Below, piece after piece: positions 49,050-61,900 of a stretch of 64,000 nt of DNA. The translations under genes and the position numbers were made by a program. Each line of letters opens with the position of its first letter. The first letter of the stretch is position 1. This stretch comes from Leucoraja ocellata. Taxonomy: Eukaryota. The stretch is taken from the NCBI GenBank assembly GCA_036785375.1, contig JAWMAR010000471.1:930001-994000 (forward strand), in the 5' to 3' direction. The notes beneath the pieces are model-generated. The model searched no databases and had not been told where the DNA came from. It saw nothing but the letters and a program-made list of their open reading frames with translations.

Positions 49050-52000
49050 TTCCGTTCAAATGTGTTCCCTTCTGTGCTGCTGATCCGACGCCTGCCGCAG
49101 TCAACAAACCATGCAAGACGCCGTATACTTATAAGCAGAATTCAAGTCAAGAGGGACTGAGATCAGCCTCTCCGGACACCACTCGTTAAACCTTGCACCA
49201 ATTGGGTTGCAGCCTCGTGTGGTGTTGAGTAATTGTACCAGTTTGCAAATCACCAGCTGAGCACCTCGTAAACAACACAAAAGTCCACTTAGCCCACGTT
49301 ACGTAGTCCATTTTTGCTGGCTATTCATGCGAAAAATTCAACAACAGTTATACTGACAAATCCCTTTTTAAAACTTGCACTTATAGAACTTCCCGACTTC
49401 TATTCATGAGCACAAGTGCTATAATATTATTCCAACTTATTTTGTCCTTTGTCTTCGTTCAATTATTCATCAGATTTCTATTTGAATCCACGATACAAAT
49501 TAACAGACGGCACCGTTGCTAAAAAAAATAGCCGAAGCATGGTATAGTGTAAAATCGTTCTTGCTTTTTCAAAATGAACCCTTATATCATTATAATGACA
49601 CTGAGATCCCCGGCCTGTTAATGGGGAGTCTCCATGTCGGTGTAGTTTTGTCTACTACACAGGAACAATGATACTGGCACTTTGAACGGGAACACTGCAC
49701 TACGAATGAAAATTAGCGTGTCTTTCATAGAAAGAACAATGCATCACAGAAAAGGTCATTTGGTCGACAATGTCTGTGCCGAACACGATACCGACCCTGA
49801 CTGCACATGATCCAGATCCCTCTTCTCTCTGCATTGAGTGCCCTTTCAAAGACATTCAAATGCCATTATTGCTTGTGCCTCGACCACCATCTCAGGCAGA
49901 ACAATCCATGCATTCCCTCCCCCCCGCTGTCTAAGAAAGCTCTACACAGAACTCCTTTACAGTTTGTCCCTCTCACTTTGCAGGGTACATATCATGTGAA
50001 ATGAGAAGCCGTCTATAAATCACCAGTCTTGTGGCAGTCAGTTTGACCAATGTAAAATAGTTAACGGCTCCCATGCCCTGTGCAAAGCTTATATTGATCC
50101 CATCTATACCCGTCAACATGTCATAACCCCATGACTCCACAGGGTGGCGCATCAACGTAAGAAAATATATATACACAAAAAAGATGGAGAAACTCAGCGG
50201 GTGCAGCAGCATCTATGGAGCGAAGGAAATAGGCAACGTTTCGGGCCGAAACCCTTCTTCAGACTCTTAAACAAAATATATATACTCTCGATACTCCACG
50301 TAATACGATAACAATCGTCTGGATAAACCATTTATCGTCTGTACTCTCTCTAAAGCCACCAAATATTTCCTATATCGTGGCCATTAAGACAGTAGGCAAG
50401 TGAGGGATAACCAATATTTTGTACAGCTGTTAGACAACGTGCTATACATTATCCCCAGTGCATCGGTGATGAAAAACATGCGCAACAAATGCCTACTTCG
50501 CTACTCTATCCAAATATGCAGCAATAATGGACTCACGCTCTGCATAAACTCTCCCTGCCATTTACTTCCACCACAACTAATACCCCCAAAGAGCGTCACC
50601 TCACACTTAAATGGGTGAAATTCCATCTATACCAATTCCGCCTGGATTAATTGATGAATGCAAGGTTGATAATGCTTTCGTTGTCGACGACTCCAATTTA
50701 GGGCAGACTGTGAACTTTACTCATCAGTCAACCTGCATGTTCCTTGATTCACTTACACGGAGGTCAACGAGTGACATTTCCCGCAGAGACTCTTCTGGTC
50801 CACCAGTTGCAACTGATTTCCATTTTCAAATCTGCCCATCGCTCACTGTCGTTCGCCTCCTCCAAAATATAAACCAATTTTGGATCCAGTTTTGTCCGAA
50901 TCGCCTCGGACCGCTGTGTGGACGAACTTACCACAGATATCGCCAAGCACCTTCCCAGAGTTCAGGAATACCGCGTATTTTGCACTGTCTTCATATTATG
51001 TCTTAGATGTCTGGTCACTGCAAAATGGTGAAGGCTGACAGTCAGTTTAATTTAAAACAAGTGCTTCAAAGTAAAGTGGGATCTTGTGTGAAGTTTAGAG
51101 AGTGAGGAAATTGGCATGGACAAAGCAAGGCCCCCGCGCTTTCTTTTGATAACAATAAGATTAAACCTGATGCAGTCATTCGGTGATTTACGGGTGGAAC
51201 TTTCTTCCTGCAGCGGATTCCGTGTGCGACCCTCTCTTACTATCGGTCGTCCCAAACTGAGGCCAACTCACGCAGTCCTACATTTTCGACGCGACTTCAG
51301 TGAACTACAAGCTCTAATCATTCATCCTCGCGCTGACGGTGAAGTTGGGATTTGTGCTAACCATTAGGCCCCAGCAATTCCATGTGTAAAATGAGATCCC
51401 TCATCACTACAATAAATGGAAAGGGCAGGACAGGGCAGGGCAGGGGGCGACGAACCCCTCGATTGCACGAGACACGTTTTCAGTTGTTGCGTCGTACAAT
51501 CACATCCACGTGTCTATTATACTAGGCCCATTCTAAGGCGCTTTCTGCACATCGCTGTCAAGGGGTGTGAACAGAGCAAGTACCTCGTGGTGCAAACGTC
51601 TACGTCCAGCAGATTTTAATACGAGGGGGGAAACGAAGCCCTTTGCGGTTAACACTTCATGATCTGTTATTCCCGGATTGCCTTATCGAGATCCGAAGAC
51701 GGATTGCTATTAGCTTTATTTGCACCCCGTTTAACCGTATATGTTTTTGCATCACACTACACTTAGTCTTTCGTTCCCGCGGACTTCGTACGTTTCAGAT
51801 TGGGTTATTTCCATTCTCATCAACGGAAGCAGTCGCCAGGTGAGACATATCCACGCCGTCGTAGTTGTGAGGCATTACGTACTCTGGGCAAGAAGCATAG
51901 AGAATACAGCAGAACAGTAGGCGTATGTGACGTAAATGGTTAAAACATTCGGCACTTGTCCGTACTGTTCAACCACGTGGAAACGTAAGGGATCTGAAGA

Positions 52001-53189
52001 TGCTTTCGCTAAAGTTATTGCAGATATATAGAGAACGTTCTGGGTGAACAGTTTGATTGAATATGAAAGTAGTTATCTCTGTCTTACTCGTCTTCGCTTC
52101 GGAAGTCAACTGCAAAATATACTGAGCAGAAAGGCAACGAGATTCACNNNNNNNNNNNNNNNNNNNNNNNNNNNNNNNNNNNNNNNNNNNNNNNNNNNNN
52201 NNNNNNNNNNNNNNNNNNNNNNNNNNNNNNNNNNNNNNNNNNNNNNNNNNNNNNNNNNNNNNNNNNNNNNNNNNNNNNNNNNNNNNNNNNNNNNNNNNNN
52301 NNNNNNNNNNNNNNNNNNNNNNNNNNNNNNNNNNNNNNNNNNNNNNNNNNNNNNNNNNNNNNNNNNNNNNNNNNNNNNNNNNNNNNNNNNNNNNNNNNNN
52401 NNNNNNNNNNNNNNNNNNNNNNNNNNNNNNNNNNNNNNNNNNNNNNNNNNNNNNNNNNNNNNNNNNNNNNNNNNNNNNAGAGAGAGAGCGAGAAAGAGGG
52501 AGAGAGCGAGAGAGTAAGAAAGGTAGAGACAANNNNNNNNNNNNNNNNNNNNNNNNNNNNNNNNNNNNNNNNNNNNNNNNNNNNNNNNNNNNNNNNNNNN
52601 NNNNNNNNNNNNNNNNNNNNNNNNNNNNNNNNNNNNNNNNNNNNNNNNNNNNNNNNNNNNNNNNNNNNNNNNNNNNNNNNNNNNNNNNNNNNNNNNNNNN
52701 NNNNNNNNNNNNNNNNNNNNNNNNNNNNNNNNNNNNNNNNNNNNNNNNNNNNNNNNNNNNNNNNNNNNNNNNNNNNNNNNNNNNNNNNNNNNNNNNNNNN
52801 NNNNNNNNTGTGTCTGCAGCTGCATAGCGAACGTTTCCGCCTATTGATTGTATAGTAGTCTCCACGCTACTGACGTGTTGATGTAACCAGGACAATAGTC
52901 TTTCGCCATGTTTATTGAATGGGGAACGGCCACTGTTTACCTGCAGTATTCACTGTTGGTATTCGGCAAAGCGCCGCATTTTCAATTAGCGTTTAAAACG
53001 AGGAATCTGTATAACATAAGCACATTTAATATGGAAAGGATAATTTATCAAGTTACGGAAAATAAAACGTGAGTGCGCAAAATGAAACAACATAAAGTTT
53101 CATTTAATATATAGGGTATGGTGTAACAGTTGCAAAGCTATCTGCAGACAACCAGTCGCCTTCTATGCTAACGGGTCATGTCCCTACAT

Positions 53190-53380
53190 CAGCACATCAT
53201 CGGTGCCCCGCTCCCTGCCATGGATGCCCTCCACCGAAACGGTGACTGAGACGGGCTGGGAAGATCATCAAAGACCCCTCACACCCCAAACCATGGACTG
53301 TTTGCCCTCCTCCCATCAGGGAGGCAGTACAGGAGCCTCAGGTCACGTACTAGTAGGATGAGGAACAGCGTCTACAACAA
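53190..53380 (+). mobile_element. Rex1/Babar-like LINE 3' fragment
   Basis: KIIKDPSHP...LFALLPSGRQYRSLRSRTSRMRNS; related copy at about 54655-54940. Confidence 0.65.
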
Positions 53381-56300
53381 TAATACTGTTTATTTATATA
53401 TATAGCAGTTTTCAACAAACCAGTATTTGAACCAAAGTGCTTTACAGAGATTGATTAAATTAATTGAACACGTCAAATGTCAATAAATCCATACAAAACA
53501 AAAAAGAAAAAAGAAAAACTACACAGAACAATACACTTTAGAAATCAACATGAAACGTCCCCCCACAGCAGAATTCACTGTGAGGGAAGGCACTAAAAAT
53601 ATCCAGTTCTCCCCCTCATAGTCCACCCGAGGTCGGGGGTCTATATGTGGCCTCCTCAGCCAACTATACAATACAATCACATTGTTGAACTCGGAGTCCC
53701 GCCGATAGATTTCTCCGGTCCCTCCGTCCCCATTGTTTAATTATTCTGTATTTTTTGATGATTCTGTATCTTCTCTCTTTCTATTTTTTTTTATTTCTTT
53801 ATGCACAACTACTACGGACTGACGCAAAACTGCATTTCGTTGTACTCATACTTGTATTTGTGCGATGACATTAAAGTTGAATTGAATTGAATTGTAGCCT
53901 TCTCCGTCCTACTGGATAGTACTGGCCAAGATGCACAACTTGCCTTAAAAAATGATTATCAGTTGTATTACTTCATTTACATAAGTTCCAGAGATGATTT
54001 ACTTCAACTACCTTCACAATAGAAGACCATGTGGTCGCACCATTAGTCATGGAGTGATGCAGTGTGGAAACTGACTGTTCGATCCAACTTGCCAAACCGG
54101 GCAACATGTCCCAGCTACATATGTCCCAACTGCCTGCATTTGTTCTATATACCTCCAAACCTGTTCCTATCCATGTACCCCCCTCCTAAATGTTTCTTAC
54201 ATATTGGGATAGTCCCTGCCTCAACTACCTTATCAGACAGCGTGTTCAATACACCCGCCACCTTTCAAGTGAAAAAGTAACCTATCAGATTCCTATTAAA
54301 CCTTTACCCCATTCACTATAAATCTATGTCCTTCGGTCCTCGTTTCACAAATTCTGAGAAGACACGTTGTGCCTTCTACCCGATCTATTCCTCCCGTGAT
54401 CTTATGCAGCTCTGCAAGATCACCTCTCAACCTCCTGCGCTCCGATAAATAGAGTCGAGGCGCCTACTCAACCTCTGCCTTCGATCGGACATCCCAGTCC
54501 TGGCACCATCCTCGTAAATCTTCTCAGTACCCTTTCCAGCTTGACAACATATTTCCTATATCAACGTAGCCTGAACTAAACACAATATTCTAAATGTGGC
54601 AATCGCAACATGACCTCCCAACTTCTACACTCAATACTGTGGCTGATGAACACCAATGATTGGCTGCATCTTGGCTTGGTTTGGCAACTTGAACGTCCAG
54701 GAGCGTAAAAGAATGCAGAAAGTTGTGACCACTGCCCAGTCCATCACCGCCTTTGACCTCCTCACCATCGAAGGGATCTATCGCAGTCGCTGCCTCGAAA
54801 AGGCTGCCAACATCATCAAAAAGTCGTACAATCCCGGTCACACACTCAGCTCTCCGTTGCCATTGGAAAGAAAGTAGATGAGCCTGAAATCTGTAGCATT
54901 CAGCTTCAGGAAGAGTGTTTTCCCCCGCAGCTATTAAACGCGACTTCAAATAAGCTCTGAACAATAACAGTCCATTAGTCTATTGCAGTTTATCTGTCTA
55001 TGTATTGTGTATATATGGTCTATGGTCTACACATACACTGAACTTTTACTCATGTTCTGTATTATGTTCACATATTCTGTTGTGCTGCAGCAAGAAAGCA
55101 TTCATTGTCCTATCAGGGACACATGGCAATAAAACCCACTTGACTCTTGGAATTCCTACTGCAATTTTTGTCAACCATCTGCACTGTTTGCAAAACCATC
55201 CACTTTCGTATCGTCTATATTATTGTGTATAGTGGTTTCCTCAGTTCATCTGCCGCTGTTATTTTACATATATGGCGCTCATGTTAATATTTTCGGAAGC
55301 GTCTTTTGACATTAACCGTTTTCTGTAAATGTACACCCAATTTATGCATATATCTCCACTAGTGCCTATTACAATTCGGCCATGTCTGTTTAGAAACGGG
55401 AGCACCTATTTGGTTTGTTCAGACTCGTTCAAATTGCATGATTGTGTATGAACAAGTTGAAGTCAGCATTAGTTTGATCCACCAAAAATAATGTATGTCC
55501 ATACTAATCATATTTTGCATCTATCAATGAGCTGCTCGGTCCCTTTTGGAGAGACATGTTTGCTTATATTCGAGAACACCGAGTGACAACAGACCATGCA
55601 TCAAAATATAGTTCCCAATTCCACCCTGAGTTTACTCGAAAACTCAGATTTACGACTGGAGCCAGCAGTAAATGTAGTGAGGAGACAAGCTTGTCCTTTC
55701 CCTCCTCCCCATCACCCTTCCCCAGCTCTCCTTCTACTTCTACTATCCCGCCTCCCCACATCAGTCTGAAGAAGGGACTTGACCCGAAATGTCGCCTATT
55801 CCCTCTCTCCATAGATGCTGCCTCACCCGCTGAGTTTATCCAGCCTTGTTTTGTCTACCTTTGATATTTCCTGCATCTGCAGTTCTTTCTTAAATAGATC
55901 TTGGAGTGCGGTGAACCAGCGGGCAGCGGCTCGAACGAATGGACAACCCACGGTGGCGCTCCAGGTTTTGGCCGGGTGGTGAAAATGTCGTGTAAGTTAT
56001 ACTCTGTTAACACATTAACAATAACATTAACATTAACGTAGTAACATAGAAAACGTCATTGTAATCACGGTACAATTAGAGAAAATAGAACGAACTTTGA
56101 GCAAAACGGCAAAAAAAGGCTGATTTAGGCACTCGATCGTGGAAAAGGAATTATCTTCGTGAAATCAATCAAAAGGGCATGGAAAGGCACATAGCATTTA
56201 TGGCAAAATTCTGGCTCTACTTATACGTTTCAATAAGATTCCTTCTCATCCTTTTAAATTCTAATGTGTACATGTACGGCCCGGCCCGGGGGAGGTTCGG

Positions 56301-57739
56301 CGCCCATGTCGGGGCGGCCCGGCCCGGGGCTGAAGTCAACAGATACTCACGTGAGGGTGGCTGGGACGGTGTTCTGGCGGCGGTGGCCTGAGTCCGCGGT
56401 TCGGCCGCGGGCCAGCGGCTGCGTCTGCAGGTCTGGGTGGGCGGGCAGCTACGACCACCCCGGGCCGCGGTGTTGCGCCGCGGGACTGGTATAACATCGC
56501 CCGGGGGGTGGGGGTATCGCCTCAGCGCAGAGGGAGAAGAGGAGGGAAGAGACTGCAGACCTAAGACTTTTGCATCCATCACAGTGAGGAGATGCTGGGT
56601 GGTCTCACTGTGGTGGATGTTAATATGTGTGTATTGTTGTTTTTTTATTGTATGTATGGCTGCTTAAATTTCGTTCAGACTTCGGTCTGAATGACAAATA
56701 AAAGGCTATTCTATTCTATCATTCTTTCAACATCAAACAGTCCCGACATTCCGGGAACCTACACCGCACTCCCTCAATCGCAAGAATGTTCATACTCACA
56801 TTTGGAGACCAACACTGCACAGTATACTTCAGGTATGGTCTCACCAGGGCCCTGTACACCTATAAAGATATTGCAACGAACATGGATTGTTTTAGTTGGA
56901 CTGTCACTGGCTAAGGATCGAACTGCTCAAACCATATTGTCCCAGATTATGAAATAGTCCTTTCCCCAGAGTGGTTTGCCGTTTTCACGAGAACGCATGT
57001 TAAATGTAATCTGGGGAAACGTTCAAATGAAATTTCGGGAGCAAGGTTGGACGTGGAGTGTGGGATGTACTTCACAGCAGAGCCATTCGCAATGTTCTGA
57101 AGCATTTAGATAGGGCTCTTGATCAAGTAGGAAATTCAGAAGTATCGATTGTGCGCGGCCAGATGTCATGCGTTTAACTGACATCAGGGTCGGCAGAGAA
57201 ATCGCTCAGTGCCGCCACCAGGACAATGGGCTTTATGGCCGTTAAAACTCACTTTTTTAAAAAAACTATGAAAATGAAGGCATAAGATGACGCCTAAAAC
57301 ACGTGTCCGGACTCATTGCCCTCCACTATCTTACATTCTCGTTCTAACTATGATTGTTCCTCATCTATAAATGGATTGTCACAGAACTGTATGACAAAAA
57401 AATTGACTGTACTTTGATACACGTGAGAAAGAAGTACCGTTTGATCATTGAACCATTGTGACCAAAGTGTCTGTTCTTTTGCCTTACTGCTGTCTATTCC
57501 AAGCTGATGTTAGTGACAGTCTCACTTCTCGTTAATTGGAAGGGTTTTCTTCAATGACTTTTACATTATCAGAAACCTTGTGGAAGTCGTGTCATATAAA
57601 TTTCATTTATTCCATTTAATACAACGCCTGGTATATGTTCAAGTGAGTTTATTGCCATGTGGCCCTGATAGGGCAATTGCATTTTTGCTTTGCTTCAGCA
57701 CACAGAACACAGTAGGCATTTACTACAAAACAGATCAGT

Positions 57740-58550
57740 GTGTCCATGTGAGGTTATCCATTTTGGAGGCAATCAACGGGAAAGCAGACTATTATCTAAA
57801 TGGTGGCCGATTGGGAAAGGGGGAGATGCAGCGAGACCTGAGTGTCATGGTACACCAGTCATTGAAGGTAGGCATGCAGGTGCAGCAGGCAGTAAAGAAA
57901 GCAAATGGTATGTTAGCTTTCATTACAAAATGATTTGAGTATAGGAGCAGGGAGGTTCTACTGCAGTTGTACAGGATCTTGGTGAGACTACACCTGGAGT
58001 ATTGCGTACAGTTATGGTCTCCAAATCTGAGGAAGGACATTATTGCCATAGAGGGAGTGCAGAAACGGTTCACCAGACTGATTCCTGGGATGTCAGGGCT
58101 GTCTTATGAAGAAAGACTCGATAGACTTGTTTATACTCTCTAGAATTTAGGAGATTGAGAGGGGATCTTATAGAAACTTACAAAATTCTTAAGGGGTTGG
58201 ACAGGCTAGATGCAGGAAGATTGTTCCCGATGTTAAGGAAGTCCAGGACAAGGGGTCACAGCTTAAGGATAAGGGGGGAAATCCTTTAAAACCGAGATGA
58301 GAAGAACTTTTTTCACACAGAGAGTGGTGAATCTCTGGAACTCTCTGCCACAGAGGGTAGTTGAGGCAAGTTCATTGGCTATACTTAAGAGGGAGTTAGA
58401 TGTGGCCCTTGTGGCTAAGGGGATCAGGGGGTGTGGAGAGAAGGCAGGTACGGGATACTGAGTTCGGTGATCAGCCATGATCATATTGAATGTTGGTGCA
58501 GGCTCGAATGGCCGAATGGCCTACTCCCTGCACCTAATTTCTATGTCTCT
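57740..58550 (+). mobile_element. CR1-like LINE 3' fragment
   Basis: YYLNGGRLGKGEMQRDL...QAVKKANGMLAF running into the conserved 3' UTR. Confidence 0.9.
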
Positions 58551-58935
58551 ATATACCATAATATAAATATATACACACGTGCATAAATAAACTGATAAAG
58601 TGCAATTAACAGAGATAAATGTTCATTCCGAAGACAGGGTGATATCACCGGTTTAAACTATTAATTTGGACCTGAAAATAACGTGGTTTATTTTTCAGAA
58701 AAAATAATTAATAGAAGAATGATCCCAGCGGAAACGCCGCCTTCCCCAATTCGCCAGATGTGATGCCAGACTATTAACCCAGCAAATTGTGCTTCTTTAA
58801 TATTCACTAACGGCAGGATGGTGCAATCTGATTGATGCTCCAGGGAGTCACATCGGGTATAAGTAGAACGATGATGTTTTAGGCTGCAGCTTGACTGTTG
58901 CGTATTGCGTATGCCCATTTTGTGTTTGACGGAAA

Positions 58936-61900
58936 ATGCACGCGCCGGAAAGGGCCCGGATTTTTGCTGTATATTACACTGCTCTTGCCGTCTTCGGGGT
59001 CCCAGGTAAACTACGCGGCTGAATCCGTGAACAACTAACACCGCTATGCTTGAGTGGCTGTCTGCAATTAGTGCTTTTTGTTCTTTCTTTTTCGGCCGCC
59101 GTATATTATATTGAAGGTAATATCATCAAATCCTCACCATTTGATCGCTGGGGCGTCCGCATAGAAAAAATATTCACTTGATCATGTTTCTTATCATATC
59201 TCTGAGCTGCTCCACCCATACGCTCCTGCCCGGTGCCTCAGGTCAGCTGATCAGCTGCTCCTTGAGGTACCAAGGTCTAAGCGGAAGCTCAGAGGGGATA
59301 GAGCCTTTTCTGTTGCTGCTCCGGCACTCTGGAACACCTTGCCGTTGCACATCAGACAGGCCCCCTCACTGTCCATCTTCAAATCCACCCTAAAAACTCA
59401 TTTTTATTCTCTGGCTTTCGACACTGGCTGAGACATTGCTCCTGTTTTTAGTGCTTTTAATGTCTTTTAATTTTTACTGTTTTATAGTCCTTTGTTTTAC
59501 GGTTTTTAATGGTTTGTAATTACTTCTTGTCCATGAGTTCTCATGTACAGCACTTTGTGGCAACTGCAGTTGTTTANNNNNNNNNNNNNNNNNNNNNNNN
59601 NNNNNNNNNNNNNNNNNNNNNNNNNNNNNNNNNNNNNNNNNNNNNNNNNNNNNNNNNNNNNNNNNNNNNNNNNNNNNNNNNNNNNNNNNNNNNNNNNNNN
59701 NNNNNNNNNNNNNNNNNNNNNNNNNNNNNNNNNNNNNNNNNNNNNNNNNNNNNNNNNNTTTTCGAACACAAGCTCTTTTGCTTTCACATCGCGCCCTGAA
59801 TCCTGCCTGATCGGTGTTCTAATACAACTGGCTATTATTTTTAAGGTTAATCTTATACATATGCATAATATGAATATAATATGAATATCACAATATCATA
59901 TTATATCATATTATATTCATAAAATTATATTATAAATATAATATGAATATCACTGGATGGTCCCTTGATGGCAGCCTCGCCTACAGATTCGTCTGCCCTT
60001 TTCGGCTTGTTTCTTGTTATTTTTAGTGTGGTGAAAAAGTTTGTGTTAATGTTCCCTGCTTTGTTTTATGTCAGGGTTGGGCAGGGGGTCACGGGGGAAC
60101 GGTTTGTTACATTTCATAGCAAAAGAATTCGAGTATAGGAGCAGGGAGGTTCTACTGCAGTTGTACAGGGTCTTGGTGAGACCACACCTGGAGTATTGCG
60201 TACAGTTTTGGTCTCCAAATCTGAGGAAGGACATTATTGCCTTAGAGGGAGTGCAGAGAAGGTTCACCAGACTGATTCCTGGGAAGTCAGGACTTTCATA
60301 TGAAGAAAGACTGGATAGACTCGGCTTATACTCGCTATAATTTAGGAGATTGAGGGGGGATCGTATAGAAACTTACACAATTCTTAAGGGGTTGGACAGA
60401 CTAGATGCAGGAAGATTGTTCTCGATGTTGGGGAAGTCCTGGACAAGGGGTCACAACTTAAGGATAAGGGGGAAATTCCTCGAAGACCGAGATCAGAAGA
60501 ACATTTTTCACACAGAGAGTAGTGAATCTCTGGAACTCTCTGCCACAGAGGGTAGTTGAGGCCAGTTCATTGTCTATATTTAAGAGGGAGTTGGATGTGG
60601 CCCTTGTGGCTAGGGGGATCAGGGGGTACGGAGAGAAGGCAGGTACGGGAGGCTGAGTTGGATGATCAGCCGTGATCATATTGAATGGCGGAGCAGGCTC
60701 GAAGGGCGAATGGCCTACTGCTGCACCTATTTTCTATGTTTCTATGTTTCTATCACCTTGCCGGAGATGCGAATCTTTTCCGGCTCGTATCTCCGGTTGC
60801 TCTGCGGACAAACATCGTGGGGCTGGAGGCCTATCTCGGGATTGACATCGACTTGACATCGGATCCAATCCCTTGCCTTGGATCGACGCTCCAACCGCGG
60901 CCTGTGGATTTAACATCCGGAGCACGTGGTCTGGGGTTGAGAGCTACAACGGTGGCTCCAAAAGCCACACGACGTTGTACAAACTCCGACCCGCGGTCAG
61001 ATCGCCGAGCGCGAGGAGCTGACACCCCCCGATGCATGAGCTTGATCGCCCCGACGAGCAGGCCCGCCGCCGGCCACGAGAGTCAAGATCGTCCCGTAAA
61101 CGGAATGTTAGAGGCTCCCGACAGGTGGAGGACAAACAAGGATTGAGATTGAACATTTTTCACCTTCCAAAACAGTGAGGAATGTGGAGGAGTCACCGTG
61201 GTGGATGTTTATGTCAAAATGTATTTCGTGTGTTCGGTTGCTTTTTATTAGTATTACTATAAGGCAAATCAAATTTCTCATATGTTGCAAAACATACTAA
61301 GCTAATAAAGTAATCTTATTATAATTATTAAAATTATGATATTCTTGTTTTTGTTCATTTGTCTTATGCCCTCCTGATTCATTCTACGCCCGAGAGTGAG
61401 CAGCATAAAAATATGAACGTTTTGTATTATAAAATGACAGCAACACTGTCTCTATAACGAACGTTGTGCAAGAAGACGTTGTTTTAATCGGTTATTAATT
61501 TTATATAAGTCTCTGCTTCGTTTGTCCCTCTCCGTAGATGCTCTCGGGGCCACGTTTACTGTGCACAGTTTTATTCTTGGTTTATATTTCATCAATCATA
61601 CTTCGCGCAATTAGCAACCAGAATGAGAATGTATTTGTCAATATACGCTGTATACGTGTAAAACTATTCACATCGCTTATACGTTACATTTCAAGGATGC
61701 TGCAAAAAGGAAAAGCACAAATGCTCATTTCAGGTTGTGCTCGATGTTCATGAGCAGAACGCGTTCTCTTTGAAAACTTACATTTTAATTTCGGTTCGTT
61801 AACAGATTATGATTGGGAATGATTGCATCGCTTTAAATCGTCATGCATGTTATTATGAAAGATTGCGTTGGTCCAAGTTACTGGTTCTTTGACGAGAACA

